From: Oligoflexales bacterium
GTDB taxonomy: Bacteria > Bdellovibrionota_B > Oligoflexia > Oligoflexales > Bog-1112
DNA: 64,000 nucleotides
NCBI GenBank assembly: GCA_045105515.1
Contig: JBGCDR010000177.1
Coordinates: 1-64,000, forward strand
Direction of reading: 5' to 3'
A program made the position numbers and the translations under genes. This document shows, in pieces, positions 1-10,699 of the stretch; positions within the stretch are counted from its first letter, which is position 1, and each line of letters opens with the position of its first letter. The notes under the pieces were generated by a model. That model saw nothing but the letters and a program-made list of their open reading frames with translations, did not search any database and had not been told where the DNA came from.

Positions 1-173
1 CACTTGTCTTTCCGGTAACATGAAAATAAACATATCAAGCCCTCCCAGAATTACGTTTGGGATCAGCTTATCAATATTTACATAATAATCATATAAAATA
101 ATAATATTAGCTGGTTAAAAAATTAGACAACTCTAATAAAGGCAAATGTACTACAATCGGAGTTGTTCTTGCC

Positions 174-1284
174 GTGACGGCTATTACTGGTTGTCACTAT
201 TTTTCCAAGGATGTGCAGTACTTCTCATCCACGGCTTTTTGGGTTAATTCTAGACTACACCCTGTGGCTACAGTATCCAAAACTCTAACAGAGACGCAAA
301 ACCCAGCATTAGTTCCAGATTATTTTAGGCTTTTAGGATTTAAAGTTCCTAATCTACCTGTTGGGCGTCAGCTCGAGCAGATTAGCACGCTCGTAATTGC
401 GCAAAATGCCACTTGGACTGCAGGTTTTTATAATTTTATTGCAATTGCTCAGCGCTATGCACCAAGGGAGACCCCTGATGCAGTAGCGCGAAGATTAACT
501 CAAGATCGCAACATAGATTCTGTTTTAAATTATTTTCGCAGCCAGGGTGTTCGACCTCCGCGAGGGACTTATGAGCAGCAACTCAAGGCTATACAAGCAT
601 CGATTGAACCATGGCCCCAGAGCTATAAAGCTCTTGCCGAAAGCTCTTATGCAACTTTGGGAAATAAGAGAGATTTAACACCACCTGAAATTTCAGGAAA
701 TCAGGTTCCAATTGACTTAAGTTCTAAGCAGAACCATGAACAAGCAATAGTAAGTTACATTCGAGCTGATAATATCGATAGGCCATTGTTGGTATATGCG
801 GGGAAAACAGACTTAGAATTAAATACTAAAAATTTCAAACTTGAAAAACAAGATGGTGATCTCTATCAAGTTTCCCTTACACCTGCAGCTAAAGGCCTTG
901 TAGAGCGAAGTATTCTTAAGCCTATAAATGAAAAGATCGTAAAACATCGGGCAAGGCAAGAATTCTTAAAAAATGAGACTAGTAATACAGATGCGAGATT
1001 TAAACAGAAAAATGAAGATCTTGAGCAATTGAGAAGTGAATTAAAAGAAACGAATATAGAAAGAGACCAGCTTGTAGATGAACTAAAAAAAAGATTCGGG
1101 TGAATATTATCAGCGACTCACAACACAGCTGGGTGAATTAAAAAAAAGTCTAGTTGATTTAGAAAAGGAAATAAGTGATCTAGAAAAGTTACGCATAGCT
1201 CAAACAGTAGAAAACAATATACTTGCCAATAGCATTGTACATTTAAGAATTCAGAAAAAAATTATTTTGACAAAAATTCAATAA
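174..1284 (+). pseudogene. Hypothetical probable lipoprotein with C-terminal coiled coil, split by a +1 frameshift at an A8 tract
   Basis: The ORF stops at 1103, just after A8 (1085-1092). With one A fewer, the frame continues DSGEYYQRLTTQLGELKKSLVDLEKEISDLEKL...KIQ* to 1284 with the same heptad pattern. Upstream in-frame sequence gives VVLAVTAITG-C (lipobox-like). Confidence 0.55.
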
Positions 1285-1299
1285 TAGTTTGAATCATTT

Positions 1300-4293
1300 T
1301 TAGAATTCCGCACCAATATTCATATCTAACTGATACTTTTTGTACCATTTATCTTTATCTGGCTGTCGGCTATAGCAGAAAGTTCCTGAAGAGCAGCGTT
1401 GGCTAGTTGGTTCATGCATAGGCCATGAGCAAAAGAAATTGAGCGGTCCCACTGGGGTTATAAGACTAAGGGATAGGCCATAGGCAAGATAATGACGGTT
1501 GTAAAGATAGCCTGGATTTTCGATGATGTCTGCAAATTCATAGCCGATATTTTCTTCAATACGTGGGCTGGCTTCCCCAGTTGCGGATTGACTTTCAAAA
1601 TTTGTCTTAAATTTTTCAATTTCATCGTCAGGAAGGAAGGTGTTGCCACTGTCAATGAATAGGGATGTTGCAGTTATTTTACTGATTCTGTAACGCAGAT
1701 CGGTTTTCAGAATCATTCTCTTTGTTCCACCAGTAGCTAGAATATCATCTCCTGAGACTACTATAGGGCCTAGGTCTTGCTCAAAACCTCTAACCTTAGT
1801 TCCTCCATGCACCAATAACCTTTCGCTTGAAGGCAAAACTCCACCATAAAGGTTGTCTTTACGCCCAATGCCATCATAGGATGTTACAGAAAAACTATTG
1901 CCCCATACTAGTTTGTCAATTATCTGGCTGAATCGTCTGTAAGAAAAATCCCACTTGTAGTATTTAAACTCACCTCCGAGAAAGTACCGTGCCCAGCTTA
2001 ACTCTGCTTGAATTATATCTCCTGCGGTTGGCCATGAAATATTGTTTCTTCGATCCCAATTATATCGTAATCCAACACTTCCTATAGTTGAGTCGCCTGT
2101 AGAGATCAAACTTCGTTGTTGTCTATCAGTACCAATGGATTTGCTGAGCTTAAAATTATAGAAGGTACTTATTGAGGAACCTGCTAGAAAGGATTTTGTT
2201 TTATAGTTCAAAGACAAGTCAAAATTATTACTAATTTCCCAAAGAATATATGCAGTACCTTGATGACTTACCGCAATTTTCCCATTGACTGGAAGATTTA
2301 AAATATAGGGCTCTACGTACCCAGCGCCTACTTTTCTTCCAAGAAAGACTTTGCCATGAGTATCTTCGGGATTACTTACTGGTTGCTGATTTTTTTCTTG
2401 GCTCAGAGAAGCTCTAAGGCTAAATTGCCTTCCAGTACCCCATAGATTATTGTATGAAAATTCGGTGGTGTATTGGATGCCTTTGCGGAAATTGTACCCT
2501 GGTCCAAAAACTATATTGCCAGCGTTCCCTTCATATGCTTCAACTGTCACATCCAATACTTCTGCTTTATCAATGTAAGAAATATGATCAGTTGGAGCTA
2601 TCTGGACTGATTTAAAAATACCAAGATTCATCACAGCATTTCTTGATGTGGCAATAATTTTTGGGTTGTACCAATCTCCAGTTTCAAATAGAAGCTCTCT
2701 TTCTACTACTTCCTTAAATGTTTTCACCAAACCAACGATCGTGATGTTACCAATGCGGACTCTTTTTCCTTCGTTAATTTTGACCGTGAGACTTGTAGGA
2801 ATACTGCGAAAATCAAACCTTGAGACTAGATTTATCGAAATGGACACATAGTGATAACCATTTTCGAGGTACTTCGCCCTAAGTTTTTCTTGAAAATCTA
2901 ATAGAGCATTTTTATTTATAAATTCATTCTGCTTTATTGGTAATAGTAACCTAATATCATTATAACTGAAAAAACTACTGCCTCGAATATCCACTTTTTC
3001 CAAAATTCTTTTTTTGCCCTCATTAATAAGAATCACCATCTGGGCTGTTGCAGTGAATGCATTTTTTGTTATTCTCGGGCTATGAATTTTAACATCCCAA
3101 TAACCTTTTTGTTTATAAAAAGCTTTTAGTGCATCAATGCCGTTTGCAAATTCTTCTCGATTTAACACGATCGAAGTGTCCCAGAAGCTATTTAAATTCA
3201 TAATTTCTTTTAATTTATCTGAAGGGAATTGATAATTTCCCTCGAAGCGAATGTTACTTAATAAGTATTGTTTACCAGGAAAGACTTTAATTTCGTATTT
3301 TTCAGTGTTTCTATCCAATTGGAATTTAACTGGTTCACTTATTTTAACATCCTCATATCCTTTGGATAAATAGAATTTATGAAGTTCCGAAACCATAATT
3401 TCAGGGCTGGTTACACTTAGATATTTGCGCTCGATTTCACCGTCATCGAAAATATCATCTACAAAGAACAGGTTCGATTGGTCGATAATGTCATAGATAG
3501 TTCGTTTTCCTATGACTCCTGAAATATAAATATCTCCATACTTCTTGTCTTTAGTAAGCTCAATTGTTTTAAGTTTGATATTTACGTCTTTATATCCAGA
3601 AGACAATAAATTGTACTCCAACTCATTAAGTTGATAGTTTATTGTTTCTGAATTGCATAGATCGCCTTTGGCGATCTTAAGTTTGGAAATTGAAGGTATT
3701 TGGAAATCGTAGTTGATTTTGCGGATAAGGCATGGAACTCCTTCATCCACAATAATCTTATAGATCTTTGCTCCTTCTTTTGATTCCACCTGGAAGCTAA
3801 TTATGGCTGAAGGGTAGCCACTAGATTCTAAGGCTTCTTTGATTCCATCAACTACTTTGGTGCGAATTGCTAAAGAATCAACTCGTCCGATGTATTTTTG
3901 TCTTACACCCTCGAGAATTTGCTCAAGTTTGTTGGTGATTAGTTTAATTTTAATCTCTTGAATAAATTCTGCTAGCTCACCATCAAGAATCCAGGCACCA
4001 TTGACCCATTTAGCTTCAAGACTGAGAAGCGGATGTACTCTTCCGAGGTTTTGCAGAATATCTTGAAGATCATTGACATTAGTGATGCTAGGATAGCGTT
4101 TTTTTAGGGCATTGGTATCTATTTTTCGGTCAAGCCGATTAGAAAGCTTCCATTCAGCTGCGTTTGTCTTGCCATATGAAACTAGGCAAGCAAGCAACAA
4201 TAACACAAGCTTGAAAATTCTATTTGATTGAGAATCTAAACCTAAGATCCACACTTTTATTTGCTTCGCCTTCTTCGTTATTATCAGACTCAT
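1300..4293 (-). CDS. Omp85-family outer membrane protein (BamA/TamA-like, multiple POTRA domains); start may be GTG 4254
   Basis: Repeated POTRA-like segments ending in EG(K), VRGF loop-6 motif (GTKVRGFEQ), TPVGPL motif, terminal Phe (IGAEF), hydrophobic N-terminal signal. Directly downstream of the tamB-like gene. Confidence 0.88.
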   Translation of the reverse strand: MSLIITKKAKQIKVWILGLDSQSNRIFKLVLLLLACLVSYGKTNAAEWKLSNRLDRKIDTNALKKRYPSITNVNDLQDILQNLGRVHPLLSLEAKWVNGAWILDGELAEFIQEIKIKLITNKLEQILEGVRQKYIGRVDSLAIRTKVVDGIKEALESSGYPSAIISFQVESKEGAKIYKIIVDEGVPCLIRKINYDFQIPSISKLKIAKGDLCNSETINYQLNELEYNLLSSGYKDVNIKLKTIELTKDKKYGDIYISGVIGKRTIYDIIDQSNLFFVDDIFDDGEIERKYLSVTSPEIMVSELHKFYLSKGYEDVKISEPVKFQLDRNTEKYEIKVFPGKQYLLSNIRFEGNYQFPSDKLKEIMNLNSFWDTSIVLNREEFANGIDALKAFYKQKGYWDVKIHSPRITKNAFTATAQMVILINEGKKRILEKVDIRGSSFFSYNDIRLLLPIKQNEFINKNALLDFQEKLRAKYLENGYHYVSISINLVSRFDFRSIPTSLTVKINEGKRVRIGNITIVGLVKTFKEVVERELLFETGDWYNPKIIATSRNAVMNLGIFKSVQIAPTDHISYIDKAEVLDVTVEAYEGNAGNIVFGPGYNFRKGIQYTTEFSYNNLWGTGRQFSLRASLSQEKNQQPVSNPEDTHGKVFLGRKVGAGYVEPYILNLPVNGKIAVSHQGTAYILWEISNNFDLSLNYKTKSFLAGSSISTFYNFKLSKSIGTDRQQRSLISTGDSTIGSVGLRYNWDRRNNISWPTAGDIIQAELSWARYFLGGEFKYYKWDFSYRRFSQIIDKLVWGNSFSVTSYDGIGRKDNLYGGVLPSSERLLVHGGTKVRGFEQDLGPIVVSGDDILATGGTKRMILKTDLRYRISKITATSLFIDSGNTFLPDDEIEKFKTNFESQSATGEASPRIEENIGYEFADIIENPGYLYNRHYLAYGLSLSLITPVGPLNFFCSWPMHEPTSQRCSSGTFCYSRQPDKDKWYKKYQLDMNIGAEF

Positions 4294-7200
4294 CTAAATT
4301 TTGCTCAAGACCACCGGTTAGTGAAATATTCGTATTAACAGGTACTTCTATTTCTGCCTTGTATTTGCTGCCTTGAATGTATTTAAAACCAGCTTCAATA
4401 TTTTCCATTAACTTTACGTCACCGTTGAGCTGTATTGCTGGTGATCCATCGTCTTTGATGGTAACATCTGGGTAAAAATGAATGAAATTTTCGCCAAAAA
4501 TCTCTGAAAATTTTTCAAAGGGTACTTTGCTTTGGCTACCTACAACATTGAGTAGCTCTGATATACCTACTCCTCGCGCTTCAGCTGTTTTAGTCTCAGC
4601 TTTTGGCAATGACCCTGTAGATAATAAGACAATTGATTCAAGCCTCGTTATTACACTACCATCATCCCTTGTTGGAGGGTCTACAATGAGTTCTACAACC
4701 GGGTTTGAAGCTGTTTCAGTGACTGCTACGGTCACTGTATAAGGATTAACATCTGTGACCGCGATGATATCGATTTTTGGATTAACTCTAATAGGATCAT
4801 CAAAGATAATTTCGCCTCTTTCTATATTAAATTCTCTTTTATAAATGAACTTTCCACTGTTTATATCCATCCTACCAAGCAGTATTTGTTTTAGTTCGCT
4901 ACCTTCCAAGCGTAAGTCAGATGACAAGGTAGCTTGAATATTATTGTTATGTATCAATATTGATTTATCCGCAAGAATGTTAACATTAAGCTTCAGAAAA
5001 GGGTCTGCAAGGGTTGCTGCAGATTCATCCACTAAACTTTCTTGTCTAATAACATTAACAACTTCTTTGATGATATCAACCTTGCGGGTTGATCTGGCTT
5101 TTTCAATTCTTAAATCACCGGCAAGTAAATAAGGTGTACTTGCTCCAGATAATTGAATGTCGCCACTTAGAACAGTGTCAAAGCTTTTAATATAAGGAAC
5201 CGGATAAACAACTCGAATCTGATCAAATGAAATATTTAAGTTACTTTCTTTTTTACTGCTAGAGTCAAGCACAATATACCCACTTGCGCTCATGCTTCCT
5301 AGGCCTTTATTAGCTTTTAGGCGGTCAATAAAAAGAGAGTTGTTTTTATAAGTGCATTGGAAGTCAATGTTTTTGAATTCAGGACGAATTGCTGGAAATC
5401 CGATAGAGAATTGTTCGTTGTCCTCTGATTTTTTTGAAAAAATCTTTGCTGACAAATTGAGGTTATTAACAGGGCCATTTAATCGACCGTTTACAGATAC
5501 CGCTCCGGTTGCACTTTCAATATGTCTGGATAGTACCTCAAACACCTTTCCTTGGATTGTGCTTTTAAAAGACAGATCAAGGTAGTTTGGAGGGTGAGAA
5601 TTGTTTAGATAAAAAGCCGTTTCAATATCATTGCCACCAAGTTTTAACGGAGTTTTATTTTCGTAGCTCCAACCTGATCGACGAAACAGGATTTTAGCAG
5701 GATTTAGATTGGCCAGTGCAATACTTTCTGTTTTTCCCTCAATATCATGATTAAATTTAGTGCGCAGCTCATCGATATACAGCTCCCCTTCAGACTGCCA
5801 CCAATTTTTAAAGTTTCCGGTAAGGGACCAGGAGCCAGTCAAGTATGCATAATTCCGAGGATCTTGGTAAAAATATTTTGTAGTCAGAGCTCTGATATCG
5901 GTTCTGCGAAATTGTAAGTACCATTCATAGGGAAATAAATTGTCGGAGAGGTCTGTGGTAATACGACCCTCTAAAGCGTTTCCAGAGTGGTTAAAATTTA
6001 ATTGAAGTTTACTTCCATCAACAACTCCTTGAAACATCATTGGAGCTAAGGGTGATTTAAAAATTCTAAGCTGTTCTAGATTTCCTTCAAAACTTCCTTG
6101 GACTTTTTCCATGGTGCCTTCTAACTTTGCACTAAGATTAATTAAGCCCTCTAGCTCGATAGTTCTGAGCTCATTTGCAAAGAAAGGCGTTTTTTGAAGG
6201 TCTAACAAACCTCGATCTTTATTTTTTAGGGTTTCAATTTCGAGTTTGACTTTGTCTTTTTTAGAAAATCCTAAAGGGGACCAAAAAAAGGAACTGTCCT
6301 GACTCAATTCGTTTCTTTCATTAGTTTTTATGATCTCTAAAAAAGATCCAAATCTGGTATCTCCTATTTGCAAGACAGCTTTTTCCAGTTTCAAATATTT
6401 AGAATTCACTATTAACTTAGTTTGTAGTTGATCTGCTAGTGGCTCATTTTCGTACTCGACATCAGCAAGGTCAAAGGCCATATCAATATTGGCAAGTGCT
6501 GGTTGAGATAGCGGACCTTGCCACCGACCCTTTAAACTTTTTATATTAAAGTCTACTGGAGTATTAGGTTCGATAACTTGAATGAACGGATCAACAACTT
6601 GCTTATTAATATCGATAGCACGAATTTTGCTTGGCAACAAACTCAAGCTTTTAATGTCTATGCCCCCTGATGGAAGTAATATTTGGCCTCCTGACTTGGG
6701 ACTGGCAGCTAGTTGAGTCCAAGTGACGATATCATCTTGAACTACTACCTTACCCGAGACCTTTCCAAGAGGAATGTTTAGAATATCCACCTGAGAGCCT
6801 TCGAGGATGTTTGTAATTACGATTTTATCGTATGGACCATGAATTTTGGTTTCAAGCTGAGTTCGGCCGCTCATAGGAATTTGTCCAAAATAACTAGCCA
6901 AGTCTAAGGATAGGTCTTCGCTAGCAATCTTTAGGTTCATTCCTTTTTGCTCATCGAAATAGAAAACACCCCCTAATTCAATTGAATTTTTAGGAGGTAA
7001 TTCTTCAGCTAATTCGCTAGAATCCACAAATATGGTTTTTGAGTTAGGGTAGCAGCGCCCTATATTTTTTTTTGCTCGCATACCCTTTGCTGAGATCCGT
7101 AAATTGAGATCCAAAATGCAGGCAGGTGATTTTGGTCTAAATTTTCTGTTTTTAGGTAAAGTCTCTGCATCGAAACGGTCAATTTGGGTTTTTGCATCAA

Positions 7201-8449
7201 CACTCATCGAGAATGGGAGCCCCTTACCATTTATCTTTATAAGATCGCTGCTCAGGTCAAAGTTAAAACTTTCAAATGGAACGTCAAATACTGACATAAG
7301 TTTGTCTAGAGGAAGCTTTTTTAAAGAGCCATCGAAGCTAAAGGGCATTGAGCCTCCAAAACCTAGGTAGCCTTTTGTTTTCCCATAAGTCTTTCCTGCG
7401 ACAACTATTTCAACCTGGTCAAAATTGATTCTATCCTTTTCAACAGTAAATTTAGTTCTGGTTTCAAAGAGATTAAATCCGTCTATAACGCTGTTCTTAG
7501 ACTTGGCTTCACCGGATATGTTCGTGCTGCTGCCTTGCTCTGGAGAAAATGCGATCACAGAGTCAAATCTAATATTTCCTGCGACTTTTCCATGAGTTTT
7601 AGGAATCTCCAAAATCTTTCCTAAGATTTCAAGATCTGCTTCCCCGTGCCAATAATTGGCTAATTCAATAGTTTGGATTTTTTGATCGATTCTATTGGGA
7701 TTTATTCTGCCTTTTAACTTCCCTTTGAGATCTAAATTGTTTGATTGAATACTCATGAAGTCTGAAGATAGCTCGTTGTCTCTGAGAGTAATCATCGCAG
7801 AAATTCGAGCATTTTGGGTTATTTGCTCTGTGCCATAAAAGATCTTTGATTTAGCACTGATAAGATCGATGTCTACTCTTTTCCATTGATCCGATTTTAC
7901 CCTCAAATCTAGGCCTTCAAGTGTGGTGGATATAAACTCTAGTTTGTGGGGGACTTCTTCTTTTATTGGGAAATAGCCGATAAATCTTGCATTCAAGAGA
8001 ACTAGTTCGTCGATTGGAATGGGAGCAGGTGGCCATGTCAATTCGGACTCTTCTGTGCTTTTATCTTTTAAAACCCCTTTAAAATCCCAAGGCGGAGGCC
8101 AGTTAAGTTTTAGATCCTGTGCGGTTATTTTAGAGATGTTTTTTTTGCCAATAAAAACATCCCACCAAGATAGGTGTATTTCTAGCATAGATACCTGAAG
8201 TAAGGATTCTGCCTTAAATTTGCTTTTCGAATCGACTTGAACGCCGTAAATAGTCAGATCTAGTGGAACAATCGAAATTGATAAGGCTTCGAACTCTAAA
8301 TTAAGTTCGCTGTATTCCGCAAACTTCTCATATATGATTGCCCTTAAAAGCCGATGGGTATAAAGGTTATTGACTAGAAGGTTTAATACGAAAACCAAAA
8401 TAGATAACGTGATGCCAATGATAACGATTTTCTTAGAAAAATTCGCCAT
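4220..8449 (-). CDS. tamB: TamB/AsmA-family translocation and assembly module protein (DUF490 C-terminus)
   Basis: 1409 aa with an N-terminal TM anchor and long beta-taco-like repeats. C-terminal 'LRLEGS..ILLGRMDINSGKFIY.REFNIERGEIIF..NPKIDIIA' is typical of DUF490. Adjacent to an Omp85 gene. Confidence 0.8.
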   Translation of the reverse strand: MANFSKKIVIIGITLSILVFVLNLLVNNLYTHRLLRAIIYEKFAEYSELNLEFEALSISIVPLDLTIYGVQVDSKSKFKAESLLQVSMLEIHLSWWDVFIGKKNISKITAQDLKLNWPPPWDFKGVLKDKSTEESELTWPPAPIPIDELVLLNARFIGYFPIKEEVPHKLEFISTTLEGLDLRVKSDQWKRVDIDLISAKSKIFYGTEQITQNARISAMITLRDNELSSDFMSIQSNNLDLKGKLKGRINPNRIDQKIQTIELANYWHGEADLEILGKILEIPKTHGKVAGNIRFDSVIAFSPEQGSSTNISGEAKSKNSVIDGFNLFETRTKFTVEKDRINFDQVEIVVAGKTYGKTKGYLGFGGSMPFSFDGSLKKLPLDKLMSVFDVPFESFNFDLSSDLIKINGKGLPFSMSVDAKTQIDRFDAETLPKNRKFRPKSPACILDLNLRISAKGMRAKKNIGRCYPNSKTIFVDSSELAEELPPKNSIELGGVFYFDEQKGMNLKIASEDLSLDLASYFGQIPMSGRTQLETKIHGPYDKIVITNILEGSQVDILNIPLGKVSGKVVVQDDIVTWTQLAASPKSGGQILLPSGGIDIKSLSLLPSKIRAIDINKQVVDPFIQVIEPNTPVDFNIKSLKGRWQGPLSQPALANIDMAFDLADVEYENEPLADQLQTKLIVNSKYLKLEKAVLQIGDTRFGSFLEIIKTNERNELSQDSSFFWSPLGFSKKDKVKLEIETLKNKDRGLLDLQKTPFFANELRTIELEGLINLSAKLEGTMEKVQGSFEGNLEQLRIFKSPLAPMMFQGVVDGSKLQLNFNHSGNALEGRITTDLSDNLFPYEWYLQFRRTDIRALTTKYFYQDPRNYAYLTGSWSLTGNFKNWWQSEGELYIDELRTKFNHDIEGKTESIALANLNPAKILFRRSGWSYENKTPLKLGGNDIETAFYLNNSHPPNYLDLSFKSTIQGKVFEVLSRHIESATGAVSVNGRLNGPVNNLNLSAKIFSKKSEDNEQFSIGFPAIRPEFKNIDFQCTYKNNSLFIDRLKANKGLGSMSASGYIVLDSSSKKESNLNISFDQIRVVYPVPYIKSFDTVLSGDIQLSGASTPYLLAGDLRIEKARSTRKVDIIKEVVNVIRQESLVDESAATLADPFLKLNVNILADKSILIHNNNIQATLSSDLRLEGSELKQILLGRMDINSGKFIYKREFNIERGEIIFDDPIRVNPKIDIIAVTDVNPYTVTVAVTETASNPVVELIVDPPTRDDGSVITRLESIVLLSTGSLPKAETKTAEARGVGISELLNVVGSQSKVPFEKFSEIFGENFIHFYPDVTIKDDGSPAIQLNGDVKLMENIEAGFKYIQGSKYKAEIEVPVNTNISLTGGLEQNLDESDNNEEGEANKSVDLRFRFSIK

Positions 8450-8527
8450 TGCAAGAAGATTTATCCTTTATCATTGATTTCGTGCCATTCACCATACGCG
8501 AATCTAAAGTTTAACTTATTTCTTTGT

Positions 8528-9481
8528 TTAAGACTCTTCGAATAAAGAGTATTTGGTACTGCTAAGATTTTCTTGTTCCTCCTCATTGGCTTGAGGTTGC
8601 TCTATTTGAAGGCCATGGCTCTGAGCTTTAGACAGTTCATGGGAGTACATTCTTGCCGCTTCTAATCCAGATTCAATACCCATTAGTTTTGCTATATTTT
8701 CAACCACTTGAGGCTGCACTACCTGCTTGTTTACCAAGGAAGACTCAATCAGGCAGCTTTCGGCTAAACTATTGACATTCGAAGCAGTTCCTTGGCTATA
8801 ATGAAACAGCCTATCCAGCGATTTGTCGGTAAATGGATTATCTGTCATTTTAGCTTCTTTGAGATACCATTGTATATAAGCTTCCAATTCCACCCTACCC
8901 AGAGCAGGGACCTCCCAGCGAAAAGAAATTTTTTGCTTGATGGCCGCAATAGAGGCACAGAGTTCCCAGGTTTTTGTACTTCCTATTAGAAGCGCTGTAA
9001 AGCCTCCTCCTGCCATTTTACTGAGATTGTAAAGAAACAACAGATCTTCCATCGCGTTCTCATGGATAATATGATCAGCAACATCGATTATTAATATTAG
9101 CTTGCGATTTTCTTCACGCAGTTGTTCGAAGCCTTTTGCTGCTCCCTTCCAAATACTGTCTTTGAAAGATGTCTGGCCAATGAGGTATTCATTCAGACGT
9201 GGCAATAGCCAGCCTGCTTCCTTTTCTGGTTTTGCCATAGAATGAATGAAACTTTCATGTGAAAGCGGGTTGAGGTAATGGTAAACCCACCTAGCTAAGA
9301 CTGTTTTACCTCTCCCGTGCTCTCCAGTTATAAGTTGCAGAGTATGAGGCTGCTGGCAGAGAATTAAAAGATGTTGCCAAAAACGCATGTATTTTGGTGG
9401 AAGGTATACCTGCCCTGGATTCAAAGCGCGGTTAAAAACCGGTTGCCTAATATTCCAAAACTTTAGGTATTCATCGATCAT
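8528..9481 (-). CDS. ExeA/GspA-like AAA ATPase
   Basis: N-terminal Y..FW.I...VF, Walker A GEHGRGKT, degenerate Walker B LIIDVAD, 'YIQWYLKEA...F...L..YSQG...VN.LAE.CL' as in the ExeA family. Confidence 0.75.
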   Translation of the reverse strand: MIDEYLKFWNIRQPVFNRALNPGQVYLPPKYMRFWQHLLILCQQPHTLQLITGEHGRGKTVLARWVYHYLNPLSHESFIHSMAKPEKEAGWLLPRLNEYLIGQTSFKDSIWKGAAKGFEQLREENRKLILIIDVADHIIHENAMEDLLFLYNLSKMAGGGFTALLIGSTKTWELCASIAAIKQKISFRWEVPALGRVELEAYIQWYLKEAKMTDNPFTDKSLDRLFHYSQGTASNVNSLAESCLIESSLVNKQVVQPQVVENIAKLMGIESGLEAARMYSHELSKAQSHGLQIEQPQANEEEQENLSSTKYSLFEES

Positions 9482-9511
9482 ATACTTTACCGTTAAAAAC
9501 CATGAATTTTT

Positions 9512-10453
9512 TTATGCTATTTCGGACCAACTACGTTCAATTTTGTGAAAAATACCCTTTTTTTCGCCCATAAAATCTTCAGCGTCCTGCTTCCTTCCTA
9601 ATGCAAAGGCGACTCTTGCCATGAATGGTTGTACCTTATCTAACATATATTTTCTGTTTGCCATCTGTTCTAATACCTCAAGAGCCGACTCTAGATTGCA
9701 GAGCATGATTTCTGCCTGGACGATGTCTGGTAAAAGGCAACAGCTACCTTCAAATTGCTTATGAGTATTTAGAAATAGTCTTTTGGCCACATGAGGCATT
9801 GAATGTTGAAGATATAGGTTTCCCAAAGTGAGAACTGAACGCAGATTTTTAGGGTTTGTTTTGATTTTTTCTAGTAAGATCCTTTCAGCTTCTTGAAGTT
9901 TGCCAGCTTGCATTAATAATGTAGCAATTATGGGACTAACAATTGGTGCTGTGCTTTCCACATTTATAAGCTTTCCCAATAGATCTCTAAGTTTGGTTTC
10001 ATTGTTATCATCAAAATATCGATAAAAAATACCTCTCAAAGCCATCATTGGCTTAGATTCCCAGCGTTTTAGCAATGCTTTGAAGTTTGGAATAAACTTA
10101 GAAGGTGTTAAGGGTTTGGCAACCATTTCCTTGAACCCCATATATGCAAGTGGAGCACCTTCGAATTTATGATCTTCTAAAAGGAAAGTGAAAATGGGAG
10201 TTCCAAAAATAATAGGATCGAGCATCAGATACCGAATCATGTTTGCTGAAGGTTCTTCTAAGTTGTCATCTATAATTAAAACGTACGCTTCCTTAGATTT
10301 TATGATCTTAACGGCTTCCATTGGTGAAGGAGTAGATTTCACTACTAACCAACCCATTGACCGAAGGATCTCCCTTAGGAACATATAGGTATTCGGTGAC
10401 TGAGTAAGAATAGCCACGTTCTTTTGTGGCCAGGAGCTGATGGGTTTCACCAT
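9512..10453 (-). CDS. Atypical receiver domain plus TPR protein
   Basis: Receiver-like N-terminus (LIIDD, TPIF, KPLT) followed by TPR-like helices (GKLQEAERILLE...NPKNLRSVLTLGNLY). Confidence 0.65.
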   Translation of the reverse strand: MVKPISSWPQKNVAILTQSPNTYMFLREILRSMGWLVVKSTPSPMEAVKIIKSKEAYVLIIDDNLEEPSANMIRYLMLDPIIFGTPIFTFLLEDHKFEGAPLAYMGFKEMVAKPLTPSKFIPNFKALLKRWESKPMMALRGIFYRYFDDNNETKLRDLLGKLINVESTAPIVSPIIATLLMQAGKLQEAERILLEKIKTNPKNLRSVLTLGNLYLQHSMPHVAKRLFLNTHKQFEGSCCLLPDIVQAEIMLCNLESALEVLEQMANRKYMLDKVQPFMARVAFALGRKQDAEDFMGEKKGIFHKIERSWSEIA

Positions 10454-10699
10454 TGTAAAAAACTCACCAATTTCCGGTTTCTAAAATTGCTAACATGTTT
10501 CAATTTCTTGTCTAAATTTCTTAGTCTTTAATATTAATGTGCTATTTACTCATCGTAGCATGATTTGACCTTCCCCTCCATGAACATTGCCGATATAACT
10601 AGGCAAGGAGTGCATCTTTAATGATTATTTCTTATTTTCAAAGACCTTTTTCAACCATGTTGGTTCGGATATTTTTTAGTACAATAGAAGAGGTACACA

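Noticed and set aside
10589..10596. GCCGATAT sigma28 -10-like element before purD
   Set aside because: No matching -35 element at 15-16 nt spacing.
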